Part shown: positions 27,921 through 37,842 of the stretch, in pieces
Numbering within the stretch: position 1 is the first letter of the stretch
How the letters are laid out: each line of letters begins with the position of its first letter
Source: a phage
DNA length: 64,000 nt
Sequence record: PX880099.1
Reading direction: 5' to 3' (one strand)
Notes under the pieces: model-generated
What the model saw: only the letters and a program-made list of their open reading frames with translations
The model's database searches: none
Told to the model about the DNA's origin: nothing
Translations under genes and position numbers: made by a program

Positions 27921-28569
27921 TTACAATTTCTCCTCTTTTAAGTTTCTCTAGTAAGTCGTTAGGGTTCTTAATATGACAGAAGTTAATCCCTATGTCAACA
28001 CATTTTCCATCAAATTCTTCGCTGTCCCCAACATGTAAAATCTCTTCAGCCTTCAAAGGAATGCTTGAATATGTGGCGGTCCTAACAAAGAATCTAGGAT
28101 CTGGTTTACACAACAGATGTTCGTCTGAAAAATGCATAAATTCAAAACAATTCCAACTGTCAAACATACAAGCACGACGCAAAATATCCCCAGATATGAA
28201 ATTAGTATTGCTTTTAATACTAAGATCATATTTACCAGACAAGTATAGCAAACAAACTGGCAAATCTAAAGCAATATGTGGAGGAAATTTAAGAAACCAT
28301 TGTTCACACTCAAAACGCATTTGTGCAGATTCTACAGGGGTTAAACCTATCTTTCTTCCCAACATGTTCCATGCATATGCTACGCCTTCTGCACACCCAT
28401 TTAGTGCAGCATTATCCATAATTTCTTTGGCATCTTTATATGCTTCTTTTGCCGCACGTTCAGACATTCTACCATATGTAGCAATAGTGTGCGTACGTGC
28501 ATCTGCATAGTTTTGATTGGCAGAAATAAGAGTATTCCATACATCAAAAGAAATATGTTTTATTGTCAT
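27913..28569 (-). CDS. HAD-superfamily hydrolase-like protein
   Basis: ISFDVWNTL (motif I-like), LCKPDPRFF and HVGDSEEFD (motifs III/IV-like); start set at MTIKH. Confidence 0.5.
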   Translation of the reverse strand: MTIKHISFDVWNTLISANQNYADARTHTIATYGRMSERAAKEAYKDAKEIMDNAALNGCAEGVAYAWNMLGRKIGLTPVESAQMRFECEQWFLKFPPHIALDLPVCLLYLSGKYDLSIKSNTNFISGDILRRACMFDSWNCFEFMHFSDEHLLCKPDPRFFVRTATYSSIPLKAEEILHVGDSEEFDGKCVDIGINFCHIKNPNDLLEKLKRGEIVNA

Positions 28570-28570
28570 A

Positions 28571-29176
28571 CTAGGCCCACCACGCATCAAGATTTAAGTT
28601 ACTGTCTACCACAACTTGTTCTATGTGGTAGCCTTTTATCTGTATCCCACTGTTCAAGAGCATATCATATGCTTCATTGAAACGCAACTTATCTTCTGCG
28701 GAATATAAGCGAGCATTGTAAAATCGGTAATCAAGTTCTTCAGCATTAGAAGAAATACGGAAGAAGTTTGTTTCTACTTCAGGATCACTTGCTGAAGTTT
28801 TAATGTGAACTTCTCCGTAATTTTCTTTGCTTAGATCCATGAAAAGAACACAGGCAACATGTTTAAACATTCGTTCCAGTTTGTAACGAACAACATTGAA
28901 ACCTGCGTTCTCAAGTTTTTCTACACATTGCAACATTAACGTAGTGTCGAGATCGCTTTGATACTTTGTTAACATACGATCACGTTGAGACTTTGTATCC
29001 CGATGTAAATCAATTGTTGTGCATTTGGCACCAATGATCTTAGCTGCTTTCATCAACTCTTCAGAACTAACGTTAGATAAAGTAAGATGAAAATGGGCTT
29101 TCCACACTTTTTTAGCAGGGACACCAAAAGATTTATCCCCACTATTCGGCATGTTGACTACTACACTATGTTGCAT
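28571..29176 (-). CDS. hypothetical protein
   Basis: 201 aa; HFHLTL resembles one H-x-T-x motif of 2H phosphoesterases but the second motif is unclear. Confidence 0.45.
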   Translation of the reverse strand: MQHSVVVNMPNSGDKSFGVPAKKVWKAHFHLTLSNVSSEELMKAAKIIGAKCTTIDLHRDTKSQRDRMLTKYQSDLDTTLMLQCVEKLENAGFNVVRYKLERMFKHVACVLFMDLSKENYGEVHIKTSASDPEVETNFFRISSNAEELDYRFYNARLYSAEDKLRFNEAYDMLLNSGIQIKGYHIEQVVVDSNLNLDAWWA

Positions 29177-29191
29177 TACTTATCTCCTCAC

Positions 29192-29416
29192 TTAAAATGG
29201 AAGTCTTTGAAGTTCATCTCCTCCGATATCAAGTAATTTAGCAACATCTCGATCAGAAAGCAACTCTTTTCTTTGTAAAATATCCACAAGGGTTGCAAGA
29301 ATGTCCTTAACGTCCCGATCACTGTTCTTCAAAAGTTCTCCTGCCGTCCCTACCCTATCTCCTACAGCAAAATATGTAACCATAAAACCTCCTACGCTAA
29401 TCTGATTGCCAACCAC
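29192..29416 (-). CDS. hypothetical small protein
   Basis: 74 aa ORF overlapping nrdG start region. Confidence 0.4.
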   Translation of the reverse strand: MVGNQISVGGFMVTYFAVGDRVGTAGELLKNSDRDVKDILATLVDILQRKELLSDRDVAKLLDIGGDELQRLPF

Positions 29417-29867
29417 TCGCCGTTTTGGTCCATAATCTTTGATTATCTGACCCTCTGAAAGGTTTTGTGGTTGGATTGTTTATTTCATACTTTCCGTCTA
29501 CAATAATGTCAACAAGATTTTTAATATACAAAGGCACTTCCTCAAAAGTATATCCTGTATACACCATTATATCTTTGCTTGACCCATAAACGTCTCTAAC
29601 CTTTTCTATAAGGTTTTTAACATTGTAAATATTCTGCGGATCTAATGGTTCTCCTCCTAAAATTGTTAAACCTTTTACAAACGGTCTTGACAAATCTTTT
29701 AAAACTTGCTCTACATTTTCGTTAGTGAACGGTTTCCCATAAGAATAAGACCAGGCTTTCTGGTTAAAACAGCCACGACAACCGTGGCTACAACCACTAA
29801 CCCAGAGGGAGCACCTAACTCCCTCACCATTAATAAGATCTACAGGTTCATATCCTGCAAAATTCAA
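29397..29867 (-). CDS. nrdG: anaerobic ribonucleotide reductase activating protein (radical SAM)
   Basis: CSHGCRGC radical-SAM-type cysteine motif; immediately downstream of nrdD with 4-nt overlap. Confidence 0.85.
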   Translation of the reverse strand: MNFAGYEPVDLINGEGVRCSLWVSGCSHGCRGCFNQKAWSYSYGKPFTNENVEQVLKDLSRPFVKGLTILGGEPLDPQNIYNVKNLIEKVRDVYGSSKDIMVYTGYTFEEVPLYIKNLVDIIVDGKYEINNPTTKPFRGSDNQRLWTKTASGWQSD

Positions 29868-31678
29868 AGATGTTTCTCCCTTTGCAAAACTTCCTGCATT
29901 TTACCTTTGTTATAAGGCCGTGAATTAGGGGCAGAAAGATACCCTGATACACGTCTAACTACAGAAATAGTTTCTTCTTCATGGTTGCCACAATTAGGAC
30001 ACTCAAACCCTTTAGCCGTTGCCTTAAATTCTCCATGAAAACCACACTTAAAGCATTGATCCACGGGCTGATTAATACCAAAATAGTGAATATGTTCATA
30101 AGCGTAGTCTACTAAAGTCTCCAAAGCTTCTAAGTTATTCTTTAAGTTTGGTGTTTCGACATAACTTATGTTACCACCATTGCTAATCTGTGCAAAACCT
30201 GCTTCATAATCCCATTTTTCAAAAGGATTTGTTACCAACCATACAGGTTGATGAAAAGAATTAGTAAGATAGTCTCTTTCTACCAGACCTGGATATTTTT
30301 CATTTAAAGCTGTTGCAAATTTATAGCACAAGGATTCTGCTGGAGTTCCATAAAGACTAAATGCCAACTTAGATCGTTCTTTAAACACAGCACACACATC
30401 TTTCATATGTTGCAGAATGTTTTTACCTAGTTCCTTTTTATCTTTTTCCTCTGGATAAAGGATTTCCAAAGCTTCGGCAAGACCTACATAACCAATACTA
30501 ATAGAAGCATAACCACCTTCAAACAAAGCACCAATTTCATCGTTGGCATTTAAACGCGCTAAAGCCCCTTCCATGAAAAGAATAGGGTTTTCAGATGCTT
30601 TGGTATGTCTGATACGGTTTACACGTAGCATGTGAGCATCGTAGGCTATCTCCATATGTTTATTAAGAAGATCGGTGAAAGATTCTCCTTTACTTCTCGC
30701 TTCCGCAGCAATCAGAGGCAAGTTGATAGAAACTACTCCAAGGTTGAATCGTCCATCATATTTTTCTCCTTGTTCGGTGGCATAGTACGACAAAAAGGAA
30801 CGACAACCCATACTCGTAACGGTACCATCTGCTGATCCCGTAACTTCTTTGTTCAAAGGAACAGAAATAAAATCTGGATAAATACGATCAGCACAACATG
30901 CCAAAGCTTGTTGCTTAAGGTCGTAGTTAGGATCACTAGGTTTCATGTTAACACCTTCTTGTAAAAAGAAAATAACTTTAGGGAATACAGGCGTTACATG
31001 ATCTTTACCTAGACCGTTACTATGCACTTTAAGATAGTTAGCTGTGATCATTCTGCCAAAAACAGAGGTATCCAGACCCATACTGATTGTAATAAAAGGA
31101 GATTGTCCATTAACACTCATTAAAGTGTTAACCTGATACAAAAGAGTTTGCATAGCGTCATATACATCTTGTTCGGTCATTTCTAGGGCTTCTTTCCTTG
31201 CATAACAACCGTAGCGACGTTTGGTTATCTCCATGTTTTTAAGGAAACTGGCTTCAACATAAGGACTAAGACCTTTATCAATGTGCGCACACGTCTGACC
31301 TCCATACTGACTGGAGGCAACAGCTTGGATGATTTGAGTTAGCACTGTAGTAGCTACTCCAATAGATTTTGGTTTTTCTATCTGTGCAGCACCGATCTTA
31401 AAACCATTCTCTAACATATCTTGATAATTAACAAGACAACAGTTTGTAAGAGGAGAGAGCAGATAATCCAAGTCGTGAATATGTCCAAAACCTTCTGTAT
31501 GCCATTCTGACAAGTTTTTTGGCAGTATCTGTGTCATTGCCATATGTTTGCTTAAAATCCCCGCCAAGAGATCCCTGTGCGTGTTAACAAGGTGGGAAGG
31601 TTTGTTTGCATTCTCTCTAGTGTATGTTTCTGAAGTGCGATCTAAAAAAGAAAAAACATCTTGGTACAAATCTTTCAT
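29864..31678 (-). CDS. nrdD: anaerobic ribonucleoside-triphosphate reductase
   Basis: 604 aa; C-terminal CFKCG..CPNCG zinc ribbon and glycyl-radical motif RRVSGYL. Confidence 0.9.
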   Translation of the reverse strand: MKDLYQDVFSFLDRTSETYTRENANKPSHLVNTHRDLLAGILSKHMAMTQILPKNLSEWHTEGFGHIHDLDYLLSPLTNCCLVNYQDMLENGFKIGAAQIEKPKSIGVATTVLTQIIQAVASSQYGGQTCAHIDKGLSPYVEASFLKNMEITKRRYGCYARKEALEMTEQDVYDAMQTLLYQVNTLMSVNGQSPFITISMGLDTSVFGRMITANYLKVHSNGLGKDHVTPVFPKVIFFLQEGVNMKPSDPNYDLKQQALACCADRIYPDFISVPLNKEVTGSADGTVTSMGCRSFLSYYATEQGEKYDGRFNLGVVSINLPLIAAEARSKGESFTDLLNKHMEIAYDAHMLRVNRIRHTKASENPILFMEGALARLNANDEIGALFEGGYASISIGYVGLAEALEILYPEEKDKKELGKNILQHMKDVCAVFKERSKLAFSLYGTPAESLCYKFATALNEKYPGLVERDYLTNSFHQPVWLVTNPFEKWDYEAGFAQISNGGNISYVETPNLKNNLEALETLVDYAYEHIHYFGINQPVDQCFKCGFHGEFKATAKGFECPNCGNHEEETISVVRRVSGYLSAPNSRPYNKGKMQEVLQREKHL

Positions 31679-31740
31679 TATTAATCCTTATTTTGTGAGT
31701 AGAACTATTATTCTACCTCTTTCAACCGAAAAAAGCTTTG

Positions 31741-31774
31741 AGGGAAATCAAAAAAGGCGCAAAGTGCGCCTTTA
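31741..31774 (-). terminator. rho-independent terminator
   Basis: AAAGGCGCA-aag-TGCGCCTTT hairpin followed on - strand by TTTTTT. Confidence 0.6.
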
Positions 31775-31781
31775 AGTTTTA

Positions 31782-33167
31782 TCATTTGGAGAGGAATTGT
31801 CTTCCCATGATCTTACCGTTCTTCACAGCGGTCCCATCGTGTCCATTGTAATCCCAGGTTCCATCGATATTACGCAAGAAGCTATCACGAACAGTATAGG
31901 CTTTACCGTTCTCTACTTTACTTTCTTCCACAATGATTGCCATAACAAGCTTATTTTCAATTTCGGTAGTAACCGATTCTTTGATACCCTCTGTAACTTC
32001 ACGATCATATTGGATATAAACTCGCTCCTCGGTTACTTGCACGTCTACCACATTTTTAAATGTGTAGGTCTGTTGCGTAGTGTAGAGGACACGAACGACA
32101 CTCTTCTTACCTACCGGAGGCTTCTTACGAGGCTTACGGTAACGTGGTTTAGGGTTGTTAGTTGGAAGCCAACCAACAATATCCCGATCATATCCAACAT
32201 GACCCCAAGTGAAATGCGTAGCCGATCCACTATCCGTAGTTCCGTCACGAAAGAGAACTTCTACGTGACCACCACAAGGGCGGTGTCCACCATTATTATA
32301 GTTGTATTTTGCCGTGCGCGGGAGAATGAAGTATTCTTTAATCGCCCACTCTTCCAGATTGTCGATATTCCAAGTGAATACTGTTCCCTTAGCAACATCT
32401 GTTTGACCATTGTTGAAGCGAACCTGCACGAAATCTTCCGAAGGCATAACACCTGTGTTCGGCAGATATTCAAATGCAGTATCTTCCGCTACAAACTGTT
32501 CTTCCTCTTGCTCCTCAATACTTGGCACAGGCGCAGCTTCATCGTATTTCGCAGCAAACATATTTTTAAATTCTTGAGCCGTGACTTCTACAAGGCCGCG
32601 ATCACCAGTAGCAGCAGAGTGTGGGCGTGGTAAATCCCCAACTTCAATATGCATTGCATCTAAGCCTGCTTGACGATCAAAGAAGATAACCTTGCGGAAT
32701 TGTTTATCTTTATATTGTGGCAGTTCATACATACTTGGATCGATTGTCTTCAAACGTTCAGCATCTTCTGGCTTCCAGAAGCTTTTACCTGTTGCAAATC
32801 TAAAGTCTACCAGTAGTTTAACAACATCTCCTAATGATAAACTATCTGCATCTACGAAAACGTCTTCGATTCCCAATAACCCTGATTTCTTAAGAATCAA
32901 ATCTAACATGTAACCTCCTGTGGTTTGTTCTGCGTCTGGATAACGATCAACACTGGTGCTGGTTACACCGTTTATTTCACCAGTGGAGGCATTGTAGGAA
33001 ATATATGGGAAGGTCATATCGTTCATTGCAAAATCACCTGAACAGGTTGGATCATCTTCTCCCTCCCAGCCATACACCTTCACAATACCTTCACACAATT
33101 TGTCATACACACCAGCGCGACGTGCTGCTTCAGCAACTTCCTGTTTACGGGCAAATTTATTAATCAT
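31782..33167 (-). CDS. hypothetical protein with basic KPRYRKPRKKPP segment
   Basis: Start set at ATG after SD AGGAGG (MINKFARK); about 461 aa; no family recognised. Confidence 0.5.
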   Translation of the reverse strand: MINKFARKQEVAEAARRAGVYDKLCEGIVKVYGWEGEDDPTCSGDFAMNDMTFPYISYNASTGEINGVTSTSVDRYPDAEQTTGGYMLDLILKKSGLLGIEDVFVDADSLSLGDVVKLLVDFRFATGKSFWKPEDAERLKTIDPSMYELPQYKDKQFRKVIFFDRQAGLDAMHIEVGDLPRPHSAATGDRGLVEVTAQEFKNMFAAKYDEAAPVPSIEEQEEEQFVAEDTAFEYLPNTGVMPSEDFVQVRFNNGQTDVAKGTVFTWNIDNLEEWAIKEYFILPRTAKYNYNNGGHRPCGGHVEVLFRDGTTDSGSATHFTWGHVGYDRDIVGWLPTNNPKPRYRKPRKKPPVGKKSVVRVLYTTQQTYTFKNVVDVQVTEERVYIQYDREVTEGIKESVTTEIENKLVMAIIVEESKVENGKAYTVRDSFLRNIDGTWDYNGHDGTAVKNGKIMGRQFLSK

Positions 33168-33717
33168 GATTCCTCCTGTTAATTGCCATAGATGCACGAG
33201 GTTCGGCTATGGCTGTTGCATAAATATATGGATGACCTTGTGGGGACAATCTTGTTCCGAATGACCCTAATTCTAAACCATTCATGTCTTCCACGTCAAG
33301 CCCTATTTCTGTTTCTACAATTCTTGTTTGGACTTTGTAGTAGGTCCAGAAGAAGTATCGCATTTCTTCGGCATACTCTTTCACTTCACCAAAGCTGGGA
33401 TAGAACTCAATCAACTCCAGCTTCAAGAAGATGTTGAAGTGAGAATCATCCAACACTTCCTCTGTGCGGTAACATGGTGTCAGGGCCATGTAGGGATGAC
33501 CAGCGATAAACTCGTAGCCATCCTTTTCCATTTGCAAGAATGATTGCTCGGCACTGGCAACATAAAACTTCCCATTAGGATGCCCCAAAGGAGCATCTTC
33601 TTTGCCAGGTGGCAGTGTGAATGCCAAAATATCTGCATCCACTAAATAAGGAACATCTAACATTTCAGCAAAGCGTCCATAACTCTGGATGGCTTCGGCA
33701 ATCACACCTGTGTTCAT
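33160..33717 (-). CDS. hypothetical protein
   Basis: 185 aa; 8-nt overlap with downstream gene. Confidence 0.5.
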   Translation of the reverse strand: MNTGVIAEAIQSYGRFAEMLDVPYLVDADILAFTLPPGKEDAPLGHPNGKFYVASAEQSFLQMEKDGYEFIAGHPYMALTPCYRTEEVLDDSHFNIFLKLELIEFYPSFGEVKEYAEEMRYFFWTYYKVQTRIVETEIGLDVEDMNGLELGSFGTRLSPQGHPYIYATAIAEPRASMAINRRNHD

Positions 33718-33965
33718 GACCTTCCTCCTGTGCGGAAAGCGCGTTTAGTAATGTTGGACATAATGATTAAATCTTGTAAAGTCATATCTGGGAACTGTTG
33801 TTCTAAAACTCCCTCGACAGCCCCTATAATATCTGACAATTCAACAAGTTGCATTATTTTGCAATCCTGCTCAACAGCATCAAAAAGTTCTTCTACTTCC
33901 TCTTTAATCTTTTCTATGCTGCCATAAGGTTGTTTCTTAATGTCTGTTATGTGATACCCTGCCAT
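33714..33965 (-). CDS. putative MazG-like nucleotide pyrophosphohydrolase (small)
   Basis: EEVEELFDAVEQ..LVELSDIIGAVEGV resembles the MazG/HisE helical motif; weak. Confidence 0.35.
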   Translation of the reverse strand: MAGYHITDIKKQPYGSIEKIKEEVEELFDAVEQDCKIMQLVELSDIIGAVEGVLEQQFPDMTLQDLIIMSNITKRAFRTGGRS

Positions 33966-35558
33966 TTAACGATCCTCTCTGATTTGATTAATCTTACGAG
34001 CAAGGGCAGCTATAAGCTTATCTTCTTCAGATACAGGAGCCGTGCTCTTACCTAAACGATGCATGTCTAAAATCTCTTGAACAGTTCGGTTCCATTGCAG
34101 ACATTTAATACAACGTGTATGTGCAACATACAGAAGATTTCGTTCTGATTCTTCAAGACCTACCCACTCACCCTTCTTATCGTAATTAGAAGGGAAGTCA
34201 TTTGCAACAATAACCTGATCCCATTCCAAACCTTTTGATTTGTGGGCTGTAGTTAAAGTAACTTTAGCCGTTGGAGAGTTACGGTGCATACGTAAAGTGT
34301 ATGCAATATTATTAGCTTTACCAGAAACAACAATGTTTAAAAGTCGTTTTGCATCAGGATCTGATTCTGCACACTCTACAAATTCTTCCCAAGAAGTGTA
34401 AGGTAGAACTGTCTCATGCTTAACTTTGTCCAAATCACCTCTACGTAAAGCATTAACACTATCAACCATAGAAATGAAATCTTTGGTATCTACGTTAATA
34501 ATAATCTCTTCTCCGTTAGCGATTCGGTCCATAGCTTCGAGCAACAGGGTCAAATTCTTACGGAAAATAATGGTGTAAGGTTTACTATAATCTACCACAT
34601 CAGAATGAAAACTTCCAGTGACAGTATCATAACCTTTCCCTACCAGCGGATGCTTCAGAGGTGAGCGATCAGAAAGGATCGCATTAGCAATGTCCGCAAC
34701 TTTAGGACCAAAGCGAAAACAAGCTGTCAGAGGCAACTCAACCCCATATGTAGCCGTTTGCTTCATCATGTTCTGGCTTCCACGGAACTGATAAATACTC
34801 TGAAACTCATCACCCACAACAACAATACGTTTAGCCGATTTAGCATTGCGAAGGATAGACAGGAATGCAGGGTTAACATCCTGGAATTCATCTCCAAAAA
34901 TAATATCGTATCCTAAATCTTCTTTACTCAATTCAAAGAGTTTCACATAGGTGTCATGAGTCATAATGGTTTCTGATTTAGGATCAATACGCTCACGCCA
35001 AAGTTGCTTCGCATATTTAACAACTTCGTTAATAAGTTTTTGTTCGTTGATGTTCTTACGTTTAAGATCTGACATATGCACTTTAGGAAAATGTTTATGT
35101 CCAATATGTTCATCGTCAGAAAACTCGTATTTAGCTAAAGTTTGTTTTACCATTAACCCGATCATTGCACGAGTCAGTAGCACTTTACCATTCTTATCAA
35201 TCAAGTTCTGAATCTTGAATTTTTTGGCAATCTCACTACCAGTTCCAGCTACGTTAACATATTGACCTTCTGGACGAGACAATTTGTGTCGAAGGTTTTG
35301 TGGAAGACGCTGGTAACAGATTGAATGTAGCGTTCGGCACATAACATTAGGCGGCATTTTACGTCGAGCTTCCTCTGCCATACTTTTGTTAAACGCCAAG
35401 TATAGAATACTATCATTTGTGCCATTAGCCAACATATACAGCGTTGACGTTTTACCTGATCCAGATTTAGCTTGAATTGTAACGAAACGATTTTCTTGAT
35501 ACCCACTTTCAATAGCGTATTGTTCGTCGGTAGGTGTAAAACTCAATTGTGTAGACAC
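33966..35558 (-). CDS. UvrD/PcrA-like superfamily 1 DNA helicase
   Basis: Walker A AKSGSGKTS; DEFQD; VVVGDEFQSIYQFRGS; TAHKSKGLEWDQV. Confidence 0.85.
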   Translation of the reverse strand: MSTQLSFTPTDEQYAIESGYQENRFVTIQAKSGSGKTSTLYMLANGTNDSILYLAFNKSMAEEARRKMPPNVMCRTLHSICYQRLPQNLRHKLSRPEGQYVNVAGTGSEIAKKFKIQNLIDKNGKVLLTRAMIGLMVKQTLAKYEFSDDEHIGHKHFPKVHMSDLKRKNINEQKLINEVVKYAKQLWRERIDPKSETIMTHDTYVKLFELSKEDLGYDIIFGDEFQDVNPAFLSILRNAKSAKRIVVVGDEFQSIYQFRGSQNMMKQTATYGVELPLTACFRFGPKVADIANAILSDRSPLKHPLVGKGYDTVTGSFHSDVVDYSKPYTIIFRKNLTLLLEAMDRIANGEEIIINVDTKDFISMVDSVNALRRGDLDKVKHETVLPYTSWEEFVECAESDPDAKRLLNIVVSGKANNIAYTLRMHRNSPTAKVTLTTAHKSKGLEWDQVIVANDFPSNYDKKGEWVGLEESERNLLYVAHTRCIKCLQWNRTVQEILDMHRLGKSTAPVSEEDKLIAALARKINQIREDR

Positions 35559-35572
35559 GTATTTCTCCTCTC

Positions 35573-36082
35573 TTAATAAAAACTCTTGACAATCCTCATC
35601 ATTTCCTTAGCTCTGCTGGCATAAGGTTCTTTTAGATTAGGTGGCAAATGTGCATTAATGTATCCCATTTGTTTTTCCCATGTCCACTTATCTTTAAATC
35701 TTGGCATGGTATCTCCTGCTAAACTGTTTTCTTTTCGTGTTTGAATAATCCAATTACATGGAAAATGCACACCACCTTTACGGAAGGGAATATAATGTCC
35801 CAATGTGAATGCCTTATTGTTCTTTAAACGTCCAGCTAAATTAAGATTAACAATAAGACTACGAAACACATAGTATTGATAAAGATTGTCAACAGTATAT
35901 ACAGAGTAGTATGCTCTAAGTGCATTATCTCTACTAAGATTACCAACATCCAAACTGCACCAGTTTAAATTACTTGGATCATAGTTGTGATTATCAATCC
36001 ATTCTTCTCTTTCCTCAAATTCTGCATTAACAGCAGATTGCCCTGCTGTAGATACAAAAAGAGAATTTGCATCAAAGAACAT
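35573..36082 (-). CDS. hypothetical protein, possible HNH-like nuclease
   Basis: GHYIPFRKGG..NWIIQTRKEN loosely resembles the HNH motif; weak. Confidence 0.4.
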   Translation of the reverse strand: MFFDANSLFVSTAGQSAVNAEFEEREEWIDNHNYDPSNLNWCSLDVGNLSRDNALRAYYSVYTVDNLYQYYVFRSLIVNLNLAGRLKNNKAFTLGHYIPFRKGGVHFPCNWIIQTRKENSLAGDTMPRFKDKWTWEKQMGYINAHLPPNLKEPYASRAKEMMRIVKSFY

Positions 36083-36092
36083 ACTCCCTCCT

Positions 36093-36446
36093 TTAGTTTA
36101 CATCGTTTAGAGCATTACCAATCTTTAAGATAATAACATCGTTAAGGGCTTCTTCTCCATTAAGGCCAGAGAAAGCAGGAGTAACGAAAGTTACCATATA
36201 ATAATGGTCTTCTTGTAGGATTGCGATAACGCCGTCTAGTTTAACATCTCCTGTGAAACGAAAAACTTTCAACTTTTGTTCTAAAGGAAGATCTCCTTCA
36301 ACATTTAAAACCATATCTCCAACACCAAACTTTTCTGCCCCGATGTAGATGTAAGCTTGGTCCTCTTTTTTATGATAATACAGTGTTGCTTGTTTGTCTT
36401 GTAGTGTTGTGATACCAAACACATCTACATCAATAATATTTTTCAA
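36093..36446 (-). CDS. hypothetical protein
   Basis: Start probably TTG after SD GGAGGAG; longer ORF-track version overlaps upstream gene by 61 nt. Confidence 0.4.
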   Translation of the reverse strand: MKNIIDVDVFGITTLQDKQATLYYHKKEDQAYIYIGAEKFGVGDMVLNVEGDLPLEQKLKVFRFTGDVKLDGVIAILQEDHYYMVTFVTPAFSGLNGEEALNDVIILKIGNALNDVN

Positions 36447-36811
36447 AAATTCTCCTCCCAAATCCAATAATTGTCTACATAAGTAGGATGCCTTTTGTCC
36501 CACTCTTTTCTAGCCCAAGCCACGGCTGCTATCAATACATCTCCATGACAAGGTTGAGGGGAGCAGAAGCAAACTAAATCTTTCCCTTCTAGCTCTAATA
36601 AATCTTCAAGAGTGATCTTACCACAACGAATTTGCTCCCACAACCACTCTTTATACCTTTGTATAGTTGATCCTCGTGGTTCATCATCTTTTAACTTAAA
36701 AGGGTTTGCAAACTTGGAGGCTTTTAGTCCCATATGTGGCATTGCTCTACCAATATAAACAGCACCTTCTGGGATTGTTTTGCCTAAATGGTAAAAGTTT
36801 AATACCTTCAT
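36443..36811 (-). CDS. hypothetical protein with NPF..C.C.P..CHGD motif
   Basis: 122 aa; conserved-looking Cys/His cluster CFCSPQPCHGD; family assignment from memory, unverified. Confidence 0.45.
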   Translation of the reverse strand: MKVLNFYHLGKTIPEGAVYIGRAMPHMGLKASKFANPFKLKDDEPRGSTIQRYKEWLWEQIRCGKITLEDLLELEGKDLVCFCSPQPCHGDVLIAAVAWARKEWDKRHPTYVDNYWIWEENF

Positions 36812-36812
36812 A

Positions 36813-37175
36813 TTAACCTAAACACATACGTGCGATCAGACCTTGAATTAGTTTATCTGCTTCTTCTCGATCATAGTCGGTATCTTCTATACCACCATCT
36901 TCGTCACGATAAACTTTACCTTCCAGGTACCCAGCATCGATCAAACCAATAATCAAATCGAACTGCCAACAAGAATTACCGAAAGGACGTTTTCCACTGA
37001 AACTGTCTTCTTCTTCCCAAAGTGTAGAGAGCAGTCGTCTGAAATATTCACGCACAGTAACAGTGCCAAGATCATCGTCTTCAAAAACAACATCTAAAGC
37101 ATCTGGTTCAGCTTTATCTACAACAGGCACATAACGTTGACCATTAATAACAACATCTACAATCGTTTCTCTCAT
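36813..37175 (-). CDS. hypothetical acidic protein
   Basis: 120 aa. Confidence 0.5.
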   Translation of the reverse strand: MRETIVDVVINGQRYVPVVDKAEPDALDVVFEDDDLGTVTVREYFRRLLSTLWEEEDSFSGKRPFGNSCWQFDLIIGLIDAGYLEGKVYRDEDGGIEDTDYDREEADKLIQGLIARMCLG

Positions 37176-37534
37176 TTTTCCTCCTTCTTGTATTCTAAGA
37201 ACATGTCAACTTCATAAGCTGCCCGTTCATTAAATTTACTAGGATCTACTAAAATAAAAAGTTGTTTATTTATATCTTGAAACTCTTTTACTACAATGTA
37301 AAGGTGTTTCTTACAAGAGAAGCCTGTTGCTTGATAAGCATCGCCCCAATCATCCACACCTTTTAATGTTTCTACATACTTACATTTTATTTTATCTTTA
37401 CCGTCTTGGTAAAGTGCTTCACCTCCGAACCATGTGAAGAATTTAGTGCGATCTGCCCCAACCTTAAAGCCGTCACGAGCAAAAACACCAGTAGAGGCTA
37501 ATAACAGCAAGGCAAACAGCACTTTTCTCATCAC
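37172..37534 (-). CDS. secreted protein (signal peptide)
   Basis: N-terminal MMRKVLFALLLLASTGVFA signal peptide. Confidence 0.5.
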   Translation of the reverse strand: MMRKVLFALLLLASTGVFARDGFKVGADRTKFFTWFGGEALYQDGKDKIKCKYVETLKGVDDWGDAYQATGFSCKKHLYIVVKEFQDINKQLFILVDPSKFNERAAYEVDMFLEYKKEEK

Positions 37535-37842
37535 ATCTCCTCGTCGGACTTCAAGGCTTTAGAGAATACTACATTAAACATTTCACCGCAACCATTATTA
37601 ACATAATACATGATGTAATTATCATCTTCGTCTACAGGCGCACGATACTCCAATTCATAACTATACAGATTAGAATTACTTGTGCAACCTTGTGGATACC
37701 AAAAGTAAAGTTCACCACAAGATTCTACCCATTTAAGACCAGTCCGATCTTCAAACACCAATGTAGAAGGGTTTTCTGAATCTTTCACAGCTTCTTCATA
37801 CTGTTGATGTACCATAACTGCTAATGATAATGTACTCATCAC
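37531..37842 (-). CDS. hypothetical protein
   Basis: 103 aa; ATGA-type overlap. Confidence 0.45.
   Translation of the reverse strand: MMSTLSLAVMVHQQYEEAVKDSENPSTLVFEDRTGLKWVESCGELYFWYPQGCTSNSNLYSYELEYRAPVDEDDNYIMYYVNNGCGEMFNVVFSKALKSDEEM

Noticed and set aside
27992-28510. 172-aa + strand ORF antisense to the HAD-like gene
   Set aside because: Antisense to a gene with recognisable HAD motifs, no SD; shadow ORF.
31797-32633. 278-aa + strand ORF antisense to the 31782-33167 gene
   Set aside because: No SD, embedded in a long uninterrupted - strand operon, low-complexity composition; shadow ORF.
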